Notes under the pieces: generated by a model
The model's database searches: none
The model's input: only the letters and a program-made list of their open reading frames with translations
Told to the model about the DNA's origin: nothing
Assembly (NCBI GenBank): GCA_965226155.1
Contig: OZ245331.1
Coordinates: forward strand, 1,082,605 to 1,146,604
Origin: Gammaproteobacteria bacterium
GTDB lineage: Bacteria > Pseudomonadota > Gammaproteobacteria > Eutrophobiales > Eutrophobiaceae
Reading direction: 5' to 3'
DNA: 64,000 nt
Part shown: positions 8,312-18,791 of the stretch, in pieces
Numbering within the stretch: position 1 is the first letter of the stretch
Layout: each line of letters begins with the position of its first letter
Program-made: the position numbers and the translations under genes

Positions 8312-11025
8312 ATAAATTCATCATGCAAAATCAATCCCTAGTATTAGTTGACGGCTCATATTATCTGTTTCGTGCATTCCATGCGATGCCAGAATTCACC
8401 AATTCTACAGGGGAACCGACTGGGGCAATATATGGTGTGGTTAACATGCTGCATAAATTACTGGACGAGTATAACCCCGATTACTTTGTTGTTGTTTTTG
8501 ATGCAAAAGGCAAAACCTTTCGCAATGATTGGTATCTAGAATACAAGGCAAATCGCCCTCCCATGCCGGATGATTTATCTATTCAGATTCAACCCTTACA
8601 CGACATTATCAAGGCTGAAGGATTTCCGATGCTAATAATTGACGGTGTTGAAGCCGATGATGTCATTGCCACTCTTGCCGTTAATGCAGACAGACAGGGC
8701 CTTAAGACAATTATCTCGACTGGCGACAAGGACCTTGCACAAATTGTTAATGACAACATCAACCTAATCAATACCAAAACAAATATCTTACTTGATCCCC
8801 CAGGTGTAAGAGAAAAATTCGGCGTCCCCCCGGAACGTATCGTCGATTACCTAACTTTAGTTGGCGACAGTGTGGACAATGTTCCTGGCGTTCCCAAAGT
8901 GGGGCCAAAGACTGCAGCTAAGTGGCTACAGAAATATGGATCGTTAGATGACGTTATTGATCATGCTGAGGAAATTGGCGGGAAGGTAGGAGAATATCTA
9001 CGTGACAGCCTATCAACACTACCACTTAGCAAGAAGCTGGTAACGCTAAAATTAGACTTGGAACTTAATCTGGATATTAGCGATCTGTCTCGCACTGATC
9101 CCGATCTTGATTCACTTTCAGACTATTTCAAGCGATGGGAATTCAAAAACCTACTTGCACAGTTACCCATAGACAGCAGTACAAAGAATAACGAACATAA
9201 AAATGACAATGTCAAAAATAATGTTTATGAAACCATCTTTACTGAGGATGCGCTGACAAATTGGATTGAGGCAATTGAAGCATCCCAGTTGTTTGCTTTT
9301 GATACCGAAACGACAAGCCTGAATTACATGCATGCTGAGATTGTTGGGTTATCTTTCGCTGTTGAAGCTGGCAAGGCAGCTTACATACCTGTTGCTCATG
9401 ACTACACCGGTGCACCAACTCAGCTCTCACGCGAACATGTCCTATCAAAGCTGAAACCGATACTATCTTCTCCTGACATTTACAAGGTAGGACACAATAT
9501 AAAATATGATAAACACGTCTTGGCCAATTACGATATCGATCTAGATGGAATAAACCACGATACCATGCTGCAATCATACGTACTCAACAGCACCGCATCG
9601 CGGCATAGCATGGACAGTCTCGCATTAAGTTATCTTAATCACACCACCATTCATTTCGAGGACGTGGCTGGAAAAGGATCTAAGCAATTAACCTTTAATG
9701 AAGTGCCGATTGAAACTGCGTCTGATTATGCAGCAGAAGATGCCGATATAACCCTACAGTTGCATAAAACATTGTGGCCAAAGCTTTCAGCTATTCCAGA
9801 GCTGAAAATACTGTACCAAAAAGTGGAGATGCCGCTGCAAAGAGTGCTCGCAATGATGGAGCGCAACGGTGTCCTTATTAATGCAGATATGCTCAAGCTG
9901 CAAAGCACTGAGCTATCAAAGCGAATGTCTGTAATCGAGACAAATGCATATAAAGCGGCCGGCAAGGAATTTAATATCGGATCACCAAAACAGATCCAGA
10001 TGATACTGTACGACAAGATGAAACTACCGGTATTAGCCAAAACGCCAAAGGGACAACCGTCAACAGCCGAGTCCGTGCTTCAAGAACTCGCAGCCGAGTA
10101 TGAACTGCCCAAATTGATACTGGAGTACCGTAGCTTGAGCAAACTCAAATCTACCTATACGCAAAAGCTACCAGAACTAATCAATTCGGATACTGGGAGA
10201 GTGCACACATCCTATCACCAAGCAGTAGCAGCGACTGGCAGACTGTCTTCATCAGACCCGAATTTACAAAATATTCCCATCAGATCAGCTGAAGGCAGGA
10301 AAATTCGCCAAGCTTTCGTTGCCCCGGCTGATTATGTCTTACTAGCAGCTGATTATTCACAGATTGAATTACGGATTATGGCCCACTTGTCCGAAGACGC
10401 TACGCTTATTGACGCCTTTGATAATAATGTGGACATCCACCGCTTAACTGCGGCAGAAGTATTTGGCGAAAAACCGGAATCAGTAACTGATGATCAACGA
10501 AGAGCAGCTAAAGCGATTAACTTTGGATTGATATATGGTATGTCTCCATTTGGACTATCAAAGCAACTTGGGATCGACTTCGGTGAAGCAAAACAGTATG
10601 TTGAACGTTACTTCGAGAAATATCCGTCTGTAAAACAGTACATGGATACAATCCGGCTAACTGCGAGGGAGAATGGTTACGTTGAAACTGTATTTAAAAG
10701 ACGTCTTTACCTCCCTGAAATTAATTCCCGCAATGCAACACGACGTCAATATGCTGAACGTACTGCCATCAATGCCCCCATGCAAGGTACTGCAGCTGAC
10801 ATCATCAAACGTGCAATGATTGAAATAGAACGGAAAATCCTCCAACAATCAGAAAGCATTAAAATGATCATGCAGGTGCACGATGAACTGGTATTCGAAG
10901 TGGAACAAGGGACGACTGAGGAAGCAATATCGCAAATACGGGAAATCATGGTAAATGTCCCTGAACTCAGCGTACCATTGCTTGTCGATATAGGCACTGG
11001 CCCCAATTGGGACGAAGCTCACTAA
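8305..11025 (+). CDS. polA: DNA polymerase I
   Basis: 906 aa; 5'-3' exonuclease N-terminus (LVLVDGSYYLFRAFHA), 3'-5' exo domain, polymerase motifs A (LLAADYSQIELRIMAHLS) and C (QVHDELVFE). Confidence 0.97.
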   Translation: MPHKFIMQNQSLVLVDGSYYLFRAFHAMPEFTNSTGEPTGAIYGVVNMLHKLLDEYNPDYFVVVFDAKGKTFRNDWYLEYKANRPPMPDDLSIQIQPLHDIIKAEGFPMLIIDGVEADDVIATLAVNADRQGLKTIISTGDKDLAQIVNDNINLINTKTNILLDPPGVREKFGVPPERIVDYLTLVGDSVDNVPGVPKVGPKTAAKWLQKYGSLDDVIDHAEEIGGKVGEYLRDSLSTLPLSKKLVTLKLDLELNLDISDLSRTDPDLDSLSDYFKRWEFKNLLAQLPIDSSTKNNEHKNDNVKNNVYETIFTEDALTNWIEAIEASQLFAFDTETTSLNYMHAEIVGLSFAVEAGKAAYIPVAHDYTGAPTQLSREHVLSKLKPILSSPDIYKVGHNIKYDKHVLANYDIDLDGINHDTMLQSYVLNSTASRHSMDSLALSYLNHTTIHFEDVAGKGSKQLTFNEVPIETASDYAAEDADITLQLHKTLWPKLSAIPELKILYQKVEMPLQRVLAMMERNGVLINADMLKLQSTELSKRMSVIETNAYKAAGKEFNIGSPKQIQMILYDKMKLPVLAKTPKGQPSTAESVLQELAAEYELPKLILEYRSLSKLKSTYTQKLPELINSDTGRVHTSYHQAVAATGRLSSSDPNLQNIPIRSAEGRKIRQAFVAPADYVLLAADYSQIELRIMAHLSEDATLIDAFDNNVDIHRLTAAEVFGEKPESVTDDQRRAAKAINFGLIYGMSPFGLSKQLGIDFGEAKQYVERYFEKYPSVKQYMDTIRLTARENGYVETVFKRRLYLPEINSRNATRRQYAERTAINAPMQGTAADIIKRAMIEIERKILQQSESIKMIMQVHDELVFEVEQGTTEEAISQIREIMVNVPELSVPLLVDIGTGPNWDEAH

Positions 11026-11154
11026 TATTAGAGACTTAACTGCGCATATTTTTTCTAGCACCCTGCTGAGATTGTGCTAACATTTATTTTACAGATACTA
11101 AATTCCTGCTGTGGACTACTCCAAACCTTAATTCTGATCAAGTAACAACGACCC

Positions 11155-11898
11155 ATGCTGTTAATCCCTGCTATTGATATTAAAAATGGAAAATGCGTCC
11201 GCCTGCGCCAGGGGGACATGAATGACGAAACAATTTATAGTGAGAACCCTCTAGAAATTGCAAATAGATGGGTCAAAGAAGGGGCTAAACGCCTACATAT
11301 CGTCGACCTTGATGGCGCCATTTCTGGCAAACCTGTTAATACAGATATCATTCACAGCATTGCTGAAGCACATCCGGACATTATGATTCAAGTTGGCGGA
11401 GGCATACGCGATGAAGATACCATACAAACTTATTTAGATGCGGGCGTTAACTACGTCATCATTGGAACAAGAGCAGTAACTACGCCTCACTTCTTGTCAG
11501 ATGTTTGTCTTGAATTTCCTAGTCACATCATTGTCGGACTTGATACCAAGGACGGCAAGCTTGCGACTGAAGGCTGGTCAAAACTATCTAATCACGATGC
11601 TGTTGATATGGCACAGAGGTTTGAGGAAGATGGTGTCGAAGCCATTATCTTTACCGATATCGGTCGGGACGGCATGATGAACAGCGTCAATATATCTGCG
11701 ACTGTGGACTTGTGCCGACAAATTACTATTCCCGTAATTGCTTCAGGCGGAATCAAAAACATGAATGACATTAAAGCATTATGTGAAATTGCTAGTGAAG
11801 GTGTTGATGGGGCAATTACCGGACGTGCGATTTATGAAGGGACTATTGATTTCGAGATGGCTCAAAAATTTGCAAACGATTTCACCGAGAGCAACTGA
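11155..11898 (+). CDS. hisA: 1-(5-phosphoribosyl)-5-[(5-phosphoribosylamino)methylideneamino]imidazole-4-carboxamide isomerase
   Basis: 247 aa; [17 protein letters not shown] start typical of HisA; his operon context. Confidence 0.92.
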   Translation: MLLIPAIDIKNGKCVRLRQGDMNDETIYSENPLEIANRWVKEGAKRLHIVDLDGAISGKPVNTDIIHSIAEAHPDIMIQVGGGIRDEDTIQTYLDAGVNYVIIGTRAVTTPHFLSDVCLEFPSHIIVGLDTKDGKLATEGWSKLSNHDAVDMAQRFEEDGVEAIIFTDIGRDGMMNSVNISATVDLCRQITIPVIASGGIKNMNDIKALCEIASEGVDGAITGRAIYEGTIDFEMAQKFANDFTESN

Positions 11899-11905
11899 AT
11901 CTAAC

Positions 11906-12679
11906 ATGGGCCTTGCAAAGCGAGTGATACCTTGTCTCGATGTCGATGCTGGCCGAGTTGTAAAAGGCATAAAGTTTGTTGATATCAAGGATGCCGGTGA
12001 CCCCGTCGAAGTTGCCAAGCGTTATAATGAGCAGGGAGCAGATGAGATAACATTTCTTGATATCACCGCCAGCAGCGAAAACCGCGATATCATGGAAAAG
12101 GTAGTCAAGGACGTTGCAAGCCAGATTTTTATCCCTTTGACGGTTGGTGGCGGCATTCGGACTATTGATGATATTCGAAAATTACTTAATGCTGGCGCAG
12201 ATAAGATTAGTATTAACACTGCAGCAATCATCACTCCATCTTTGATCAAGGAAGCGTCAACAAAATTCGGATCGCAGTGTATTGTCGTCGCTATCGACGC
12301 AAAGCAAGCAAGCAACAAAGATGGAAGCAAACGCTGGGATGTCTATACCCATGGTGGACGTCAAAATACCGGAATGGATGCCATCGCCTGGTCACAACAA
12401 GCAGCCGAACTTGGCGCAGGCGAAATCCTTCTGACTAGTATGGATCGAGATGGTACTAGGGATGGCTTTGATGTAAATTTGACCCGAGCTGTAACTGAGG
12501 CTGTATCAATTCCAGTTATTGCATCTGGAGGAGTGGGCAAGCTACAACATCTTGTGGACGGTATCTTGTTGGGCAAAGCTGAAGCTGTACTTGCTGCGAG
12601 TATTTTTCACTTTGGGGAACACTCTGTTGCCGAGGCAAAAGCCTTGATGGCAAGCAATAACATTTCGGTAAGATTGTAG
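11906..12679 (+). CDS. hisF: Imidazole glycerol phosphate synthase cyclase subunit HisF
   Basis: Start placed at ATG 11906 ([21 protein letters not shown]); the longer ORF from 11765 overlaps hisA and is not supported; TIM-barrel HisF motifs. Confidence 0.92.
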   Translation: MGLAKRVIPCLDVDAGRVVKGIKFVDIKDAGDPVEVAKRYNEQGADEITFLDITASSENRDIMEKVVKDVASQIFIPLTVGGGIRTIDDIRKLLNAGADKISINTAAIITPSLIKEASTKFGSQCIVVAIDAKQASNKDGSKRWDVYTHGGRQNTGMDAIAWSQQAAELGAGEILLTSMDRDGTRDGFDVNLTRAVTEAVSIPVIASGGVGKLQHLVDGILLGKAEAVLAASIFHFGEHSVAEAKALMASNNISVRL

Positions 12680-12684
12680 ATCAA

Positions 12685-13083
12685 ATGACTAAAGAGACTA
12701 AGTGGCTAAATCAAATCAGCTGGGACAGTAATGGTTTGGTACCTGCCATTGCTCAAGAAAAAGAAACTGGTAAAGTTCTAACCCTTGGGTGGATGAATCA
12801 GGACGCGCTTCAAAAAACCGTGTTAGAAGGTCGCGCAGTCTATTGGTCTCGTTCAAGAAATAAGACCTGGCGCAAGGGCGAAAAATCAGGACACATACAG
12901 TGGGTAGACGAGATAAGGATCGATTGTGATAAGGATGCCATACTGCTGACCGTCAGACAGGATGGTGGGATCGCCTGCCATACTGGAAGACATAATTGCT
13001 TTTATATGAAATTACATAAAACCGAGTGGGATATTACTGACCCGGTAATAAAAGATCCGAAAAAAATATACAAAGATAAATAA
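12685..13083 (+). CDS. hisI: Phosphoribosyl-AMP cyclohydrolase
   Basis: 132 aa; conserved region LGWMNQDAL...WSRSRNKTWRKGEKSGH...DCDKDAILL. Confidence 0.9.
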   Translation: MTKETKWLNQISWDSNGLVPAIAQEKETGKVLTLGWMNQDALQKTVLEGRAVYWSRSRNKTWRKGEKSGHIQWVDEIRIDCDKDAILLTVRQDGGIACHTGRHNCFYMKLHKTEWDITDPVIKDPKKIYKDK

Positions 13084-13104
13084 AATCATCTAACCAGTAT
13101 CACA

Positions 13105-13422
13105 ATGACAGAGCTTTTTACAAGACTTGCGTCGATTATTGAAGATAGGAAAAATAAAGATCCTGCGGATTCCTACGTCGCCGAATTACATAACAAAGGC
13201 ATGGACACCATTCTAAAAAAATTAGGCGAGGAAGCCACAGAGGTCGTAATTGCCGCAAAAAGCCAGGATAAACAGGCAATTATCCATGAAATGGCTGATC
13301 TTTGGTTCCACTCACTTGTGCTTTTGTCCAGCGTAAATTTGCAACCTGAGGACGTAATTTCCGAACTTGAACAACGATTTGGCACTTCCGGACTGAAAGA
13401 AAAGGCAAGCCGCACCAAATAA
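13105..13422 (+). CDS. hisE: Phosphoribosyl-ATP pyrophosphatase
   Basis: 105 aa; LGEEATEVVIAAKSQDKQAIIHEMADLWFHSLVLL typical HisE/MazG-like. Confidence 0.9.
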   Translation: MTELFTRLASIIEDRKNKDPADSYVAELHNKGMDTILKKLGEEATEVVIAAKSQDKQAIIHEMADLWFHSLVLLSSVNLQPEDVISELEQRFGTSGLKEKASRTK

Positions 13423-13474
13423 TGCGTATAATTAGCTACATGCATTAAATAATCAGATTTTCCGGAGGTATTAA

Positions 13475-13696
13475 ATGGGCATTAGCGTTCCACAATTACT
13501 AATTATTCTTTTGATCATTGCTTTACTGTTCGGAACCAAAAAGCTTCGAACTATCGGCAACGATTTAGGTTCAGCATTAAAAGGCTTTCGAGGTGCAATT
13601 AAGGATGATGAACCAGAAACGGTTAGCCAAAATCAGGAAAGCAACGAAGGTGATGTTATTGAAGGTGAGGTACAGTCTAAAGAAGACAAAGTTTGA
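13475..13696 (+). CDS. tatA: Sec-independent protein translocase TatA
   Basis: 73 aa; N-terminal TM plus amphipathic helix [28 protein letters not shown]. Confidence 0.9.
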   Translation: MGISVPQLLIILLIIALLFGTKKLRTIGNDLGSALKGFRGAIKDDEPETVSQNQESNEGDVIEGEVQSKEDKV

Positions 13697-13757
13697 AAAG
13701 GCATAACAGCACCCTAGTCTCTCACATTTAATTTTCCATCCAGCAGGCTCTCGTTCG

Positions 13758-14051
13758 ATGTTCGATATCGGTTTCTGGGAATTGTCATTAATTTGTATTG
13801 TTGCTCTGTTAATCGTCGGGCCAGAAAAGTTACCTGGACTAGTTCGCGAAGTCAGTCGCTGGGTAAGAAAGATACGGCGATCAATAATTGAAGCTCGTTA
13901 CGAACTTGAGCGCGAATTTGATTTCGAAGAAGAAAAAAAAGATTTTGAAGCTCAAGGAAAAAAACTGCTGGGCAAAATTGATGAACTAGATGACCTAATG
14001 GAAATCGCCCCAGATAGGGAACCGAATACTAATAAAGATCCATCCTCCTAA
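13758..14051 (+). CDS. tatB: Sec-independent protein translocase TatB
   Basis: 97 aa; MFDIGFWELSLICIVALLIVGPEKLP TatA/B family, longer charged C-terminus; between tatA and tatC. Confidence 0.85.
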   Translation: MFDIGFWELSLICIVALLIVGPEKLPGLVREVSRWVRKIRRSIIEARYELEREFDFEEEKKDFEAQGKKLLGKIDELDDLMEIAPDREPNTNKDPSS

Positions 14052-14078
14052 TAGATAGCTAGTCTACCAACATTAATA

Positions 14079-14849
14079 ATGACCGATCATGATAATGAGG
14101 CGGAAGCGGACACAGAACAGCCGCTAATCGCACATCTTGCTGAGTTACGCACACGCTTGGTAAACAGTCTGTATTGTGTGCTACTAGTGTTTCTTCCGCT
14201 GGCTATATTTTCTAAGGAGATATATCACTCTATTGCCACACCATTGATAAACAAGCTGCCTGAAGGAACAAATATGATTGCTACCGAAGTGGCTTCCCCC
14301 TTCCTTGTGCCGTTCAAATTGACTGTCTTCGTCGCTGTATTTCTTTCCATGCCCTACCTGCTCTATCAAACGTGGGAATTCATTGCGCCTGGACTTTACA
14401 AGAATGAAAAACGATTTGCCATGCCCTTACTGATCACTAGTGTCTTTCTGTTTTATGCTGGTACTTGTTTTGCTTTTTTTGTTGTATTTCCTTTGGTGTT
14501 CGGATTTTTTACTGCGGTTGCGCCTGATGGCGTCGCCGTTATGACTGACATCAGCCATTATCTGGATTTTATCCTGAAAATGTTTTTTGCGTTTGGCCTT
14601 GCTTTCGAGATGCCTATTGCAACAATTTTGCTCATTTCTTCAGGCGCCTTGACGATTGAATCAATGAAAAACAAACGGCCATATGTAATAATAGGCGCCT
14701 TTGTTATTGGGATGCTGTTGACTCCGCCGGATGTAATTTCTCAATCATTACTGGCGATACCTGTGTGGTTATTATTCGAATTGGGATTAATGTTCAGCAA
14801 ATACTTTGTAAGTGAACCACAAGAAGACGCCGAAGAAAAAGATGACTAA
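14079..14849 (+). CDS. tatC: Sec-independent protein translocase TatC
   Basis: 256 aa, six-TM TatC with conserved LIAHLAELRTRL N-terminus. Confidence 0.92.
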   Translation: MTDHDNEAEADTEQPLIAHLAELRTRLVNSLYCVLLVFLPLAIFSKEIYHSIATPLINKLPEGTNMIATEVASPFLVPFKLTVFVAVFLSMPYLLYQTWEFIAPGLYKNEKRFAMPLLITSVFLFYAGTCFAFFVVFPLVFGFFTAVAPDGVAVMTDISHYLDFILKMFFAFGLAFEMPIATILLISSGALTIESMKNKRPYVIIGAFVIGMLLTPPDVISQSLLAIPVWLLFELGLMFSKYFVSEPQEDAEEKDD

Positions 14850-14884
14850 TAAAAATCGGGTAGTTTAATATATTTATGGAATTT

Positions 14885-15301
14885 TTAAGTTTGCTGCCAA
14901 GGAAGTTTGTGATTTCGCCAACCGTTGATTGTTCCCCTATGCTGATCAGCGTCAAGATCGCCCTCAAACCCTTCGACAACATTAAACACCTTCTTAAACC
15001 CACTATCTATCAGTACTTCACCCGCTGCAGCAGATCTGCTGCCGCTTCGGCAGATAGTTAACAAGGTCAAGTCTTCAAGCTTGTCTTTATTTGGGTTCAG
15101 TTCTTTTAATTGTTCACAAACTTTTTCGACAAATTCTGGCTCAATTTGCCAAGATGGGGGCTCTTGCCAAGGTATATTTATTGCACGAGTGGGATGACCG
15201 ACATAGTCGTATTCCATTTTAGACCGAACATCGATCAGTACAACATCTTGTTCGGATTCAAGGATATTCCAGGCTACAGTTGGTGTAACCTCTGGTATCA
15301 T
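14885..15301 (-). CDS. Rhodanese-domain sulfurtransferase
   Basis: 138 aa single rhodanese domain with catalytic Cys loop ICRSGSRSAAAG. Confidence 0.75.
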   Translation of the reverse strand: MIPEVTPTVAWNILESEQDVVLIDVRSKMEYDYVGHPTRAINIPWQEPPSWQIEPEFVEKVCEQLKELNPNKDKLEDLTLLTICRSGSRSAAAGEVLIDSGFKKVFNVVEGFEGDLDADQHRGTINGWRNHKLPWQQT

Positions 15302-15527
15302 GTTTTGCCTCGGGAAAATAAATTCGAATCATTATATCAAAGTAGCACACTGTGGTCACAACTGCCTATAGTAAGTTTAGGGCAAAGATATGCTCAATCA
15401 TAAAACAAGGATAACAATTTCTATCATCACACGGCATCTATTTTCTATCATTGATATTTGGCAGAAACCACTGAAATGTGGTGGAATACCCAACTTGGGA
15501 TAATTTTCATTTAACAGGAGAAACTCT

Positions 15528-16454
15528 ATGTCTATGGATGACCGTGACGGCGTCATCTGGCTTGATGGTAAATTGTGTCCATGGCGGGACGCAAAGGTCC
15601 ATGTATTGACACATACCCTGCACTACGGAACTGGCGTGTTTGAGGGAATTCGTGCCTATAAGACACCGAACGGAACAGCAATATTTCGCCTGCAGGACCA
15701 TATCGACCGTCTATTTGATTCTGCCCATATCATGTGCATGAAAATAAGCAACAGCAAGGACGAGCTCATTAAAGCCTGCATCGAGGCTGTGAAAGGAAAC
15801 GATCTTGAATCGGCTTATATTAGGCCTGTTGTTTTTTTTGGTTCTGAGGGAATGGGTTTACACGCAGAAAATTTGAAAGTTCATATTGCCATTGCAGCAT
15901 GGGAATGGGGCACCTATCTCGGAAATGAAGCCTTAGAAAAAGGAATACGCATCAGAACGTCTTCCTTTACCCGACATCATGTCAACATAACCATGTGCAA
16001 AGCCAAAGCAAACGGCCACTACACAAACTCTATGTTGGCAATTCAAGAGGCGCATGACTGCGGTTATGATGAGGCATTGTTACTAGATAATGAAGGCTAC
16101 GTTGCTGAAGGCAGCGGTGAAAATATTTTTATGGTCCGCAATAATGTCATTTATACGCCAGACCTAACGTCGGCAATAGAAGGGATTACCCGCGACACGA
16201 TTATGACGTTTGCCCAAGAATGCGGAATTACTGTCAAGGAAAAGCGCATTACACGTGATGAAGTATACATTGCTGACGAGGCATTTTTCACGGGAACTGC
16301 TGCAGAGGTCACGCCCATTCGTGAGCTAGACAATAGACAAATCGGCACAGGGGGAAAAGGACCTGTGACTAACCGCCTACAGAAGATGTATTTTGATACT
16401 GTCAATGGTGAGTTGCCTGACCATCCTGAATGGTTTACATACGTTAATAATTAA
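15528..16454 (+). CDS. ilvE: Branched-chain amino acid aminotransferase
   Basis: 308 aa class IV PLP aminotransferase; N-terminus WLDGKLCPWRDAKVHVLTHTLHYGTGVFEGIRAY and PLP-binding region typical of IlvE. Confidence 0.9.
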   Translation: MSMDDRDGVIWLDGKLCPWRDAKVHVLTHTLHYGTGVFEGIRAYKTPNGTAIFRLQDHIDRLFDSAHIMCMKISNSKDELIKACIEAVKGNDLESAYIRPVVFFGSEGMGLHAENLKVHIAIAAWEWGTYLGNEALEKGIRIRTSSFTRHHVNITMCKAKANGHYTNSMLAIQEAHDCGYDEALLLDNEGYVAEGSGENIFMVRNNVIYTPDLTSAIEGITRDTIMTFAQECGITVKEKRITRDEVYIADEAFFTGTAAEVTPIRELDNRQIGTGGKGPVTNRLQKMYFDTVNGELPDHPEWFTYVNN

Positions 16455-16472
16455 TTCTGGCAGATTTCAAAC

Positions 16473-16670
16473 ATGTTAAAACCTAACAGCGGTACCGAAA
16501 CACCGAACGACAAGCGCATTCACGAAGTATCAAGTCAAGATTTGCCGCTTCATTGCCCGTTGCCCAGCATGAGCCTATGGAATTCACACCCGCGCGTTTA
16601 CCTACCAATAGAAAAAACTGGCAAAGCTAAATGTCCGTACTGTAGTACCGATTTTGTTCTCCAGGAATGA
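16473..16670 (+). CDS. Zinc-ribbon domain protein
   Basis: 65 aa; paired Cys motifs (LHCPLP ... CPYCSTDF) consistent with a 4-Cys zinc ribbon; co-oriented between ilvE and the LPS cluster. Confidence 0.45.
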   Translation: MLKPNSGTETPNDKRIHEVSSQDLPLHCPLPSMSLWNSHPRVYLPIEKTGKAKCPYCSTDFVLQE

Positions 16671-16682
16671 GCGGAACAATAA

Positions 16683-17630
16683 TTGGATGCTAGCAACAAT
16701 CAATCCAGAACACTAACAATCTGGCGGTTTAGTGATGGGAAAGCTGGTCATGACTCTCAAAGTGTCGGGCTAGTCCAGGCCTTGTCTGGCTTGACCTCTT
16801 GTACACAACTTGACATTCGTGTGCCGCCGTTACTCAACACCCTAGCCTGCTTGGTCGGCGCGGGTTACTTAACGACGAAAACGTTTCCCGATCCAGATCT
16901 GATTATTGGTGCCGGTCATGCTACACATTTACCACTACTGTGCGCGAGAAAATACAGAGGCGGGAACACTGTCGTAATTATGAAACCCTCGCTCCCAACT
17001 AGTTGGTTTGATCTCTGTCTTGTCCCCGCACACGACGACCCTAAATTGACAAAAAATATTGTACTTACAAAAGGCGCAATGAATACGATCAAACCAGGAA
17101 ATACTCATCAATCAGACAAGGGATTGATACTCGTCGGCGGCCCATCAAAACACTTTTCATGGAACACCGAAGATGTTTTGAATCAAATTAAAACACTGAT
17201 TGATGCAGAAATTCAGGACTGGGTGATCACCGATTCGCCTCGAACACCTGGAGAAACGAGCAACGCGCTTCAGACATTATCATCAGACCGAACACAGTAC
17301 TGTCCGCATGACTCTACCAACAAAGGATGGCTTGCTGAACAGCTCTGGATTGCGGGGTCCGCTTGGGTAACTGAAGATAGTGTTTCTATGATTTACGAAG
17401 CACTAACATCAGGGGCCTCAGTAGGTCTCCTGCGTGTATCACCCAAAAATAGTGGACGAATTCAAAAAGCGATTAAACCACTCATTGAAGAAGGGTATCT
17501 CACACGCTTTGAAAGTTGGCGCACCAACCATAAACTGGTCCACAAAAAAGGGGATTTTAATGAAGCTGTCCGTTGCGCCGGACTCGTGCTAGGCCGGTTT
17601 TTCCCTCTGCCTGACGCAGGCCGTAGCTGA
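16683..17630 (+). CDS. ELM1/GtrOC1-family (DUF1022) putative glycosyltransferase
   Basis: 315 aa; N-terminus IWRFSDGKAGHDSQSVGLVQAL characteristic of the mitochondrial-fission ELM1-like family; head of the LPS core gene cluster. Confidence 0.6.
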   Translation: MDASNNQSRTLTIWRFSDGKAGHDSQSVGLVQALSGLTSCTQLDIRVPPLLNTLACLVGAGYLTTKTFPDPDLIIGAGHATHLPLLCARKYRGGNTVVIMKPSLPTSWFDLCLVPAHDDPKLTKNIVLTKGAMNTIKPGNTHQSDKGLILVGGPSKHFSWNTEDVLNQIKTLIDAEIQDWVITDSPRTPGETSNALQTLSSDRTQYCPHDSTNKGWLAEQLWIAGSAWVTEDSVSMIYEALTSGASVGLLRVSPKNSGRIQKAIKPLIEEGYLTRFESWRTNHKLVHKKGDFNEAVRCAGLVLGRFFPLPDAGRS

Positions 17631-17645
17631 CGCCGAGCATCACTC

Positions 17646-18779
17646 ATGATAACGGTTTTGCAAGCACTTCCATCCCTCGAATTTGGTGGGGTCGAACGTG
17701 GCACAATTGAGGTTGCTGAGGAACTCGTAAAACAAGGGCACCGCTCACTGGTCATTTCGGCGGGAGGCCGTCTGGTCAAACAGTTAGCTGAAAATGGCAG
17801 CGAACATATTGAAATGCCTATAGGCAAAAAATCACTACTCACTTTCCGACATGTGCGTGTATTGCGTAAATTAATCGTGGACAACAACATTGATATCGTA
17901 CATGCCCGGTCTCGATTGCCTGCCTGGATTTGCTATCTTGCATGCCGGGGCATCGCACGTGAGCATCGGCCAGGATTCGTCACGTCAGTTCACGGACATT
18001 ACAGTGTAAACCCTTACGGCAAGATAATGACATACGGTGACCGGGTCATCGCTATCTCGGAATTTATCAATCAATATATACTTAAAAATTATCCTAACAT
18101 TGCTCCAGAAAAAATTAGTGTAATCCCGCGTGGTGTTGATCCTAATTATTATCCCTATGGCTTTAAGCCGCCTGATCCTTGGATTCGATCATGGAACGAG
18201 CAATGCCCCCAACTTAGGAATAAGTATCTTTTAACACTTCCAGGCAGGATATCGCGCCGCAAAGGTCATGAAGATTTTCTAAACATCATCTTGGCTCTTA
18301 AAAACAGTGGTGCAAATATACACGGATTAGTAGTCGGCGGCGCCCAACCAGGTAAGGTAAGTTATGAAAATGATATAAAATCTAAAGCATCATTACTGAA
18401 CATAAATAATTCAGTCACATTTTTAGGACACCGTGATGACCTTCGAGAAATTTTAAGCGTGTCAAATATTGTACTGTCACTCTCGCAAGAACCTGAAGCA
18501 TTCGGCAGGACGGTGCTCGAGCCAGTCTCTATGGGTATACCAGTAATTGCCTATGATCATGGCGGGGCATCAGAGATACTCAAGAAGATCTTTCCCGAAG
18601 GACTAATTACAAATGGTGATATAAATGCTGTAGCTGAACGAGCTCTCAGTTTTATGAAGTCTGCACCATCCGTCCCTGACGCTAATCCGTATACGCTCCA
18701 GCGCATGCTTGAAAATACCTTATCTTTATACGGTGCTATAGCCTCTGTCAGAAAAGCGAACAGCAACGGATTCAGATAA
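17646..18779 (+). CDS. Glycosyltransferase family 4 (LPS core biosynthesis)
   Basis: 377 aa GT-B fold; C-terminal GT4 region EAFGRTVLEPVSMGIPVIAYDHGG. Confidence 0.8.
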   Translation: MITVLQALPSLEFGGVERGTIEVAEELVKQGHRSLVISAGGRLVKQLAENGSEHIEMPIGKKSLLTFRHVRVLRKLIVDNNIDIVHARSRLPAWICYLACRGIAREHRPGFVTSVHGHYSVNPYGKIMTYGDRVIAISEFINQYILKNYPNIAPEKISVIPRGVDPNYYPYGFKPPDPWIRSWNEQCPQLRNKYLLTLPGRISRRKGHEDFLNIILALKNSGANIHGLVVGGAQPGKVSYENDIKSKASLLNINNSVTFLGHRDDLREILSVSNIVLSLSQEPEAFGRTVLEPVSMGIPVIAYDHGGASEILKKIFPEGLITNGDINAVAERALSFMKSAPSVPDANPYTLQRMLENTLSLYGAIASVRKANSNGFR

Positions 18780-18791
18780 CACTAAAACAGC

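Noticed and set aside
11765-11905. Long 5' extension of the hisF ORF overlapping hisA by about 130 nt
   Set aside because: The HisF homology begins at [10 protein letters not shown] (ATG 11906). The extension lies inside the well-supported hisA C-terminus and is a frame artefact.
15110-15403. 97-aa ORF on the plus strand over the rhodanese gene and its upstream region
   Set aside because: It overlaps the rhodanese CDS on the opposite strand, and has no motifs and low coding potential.
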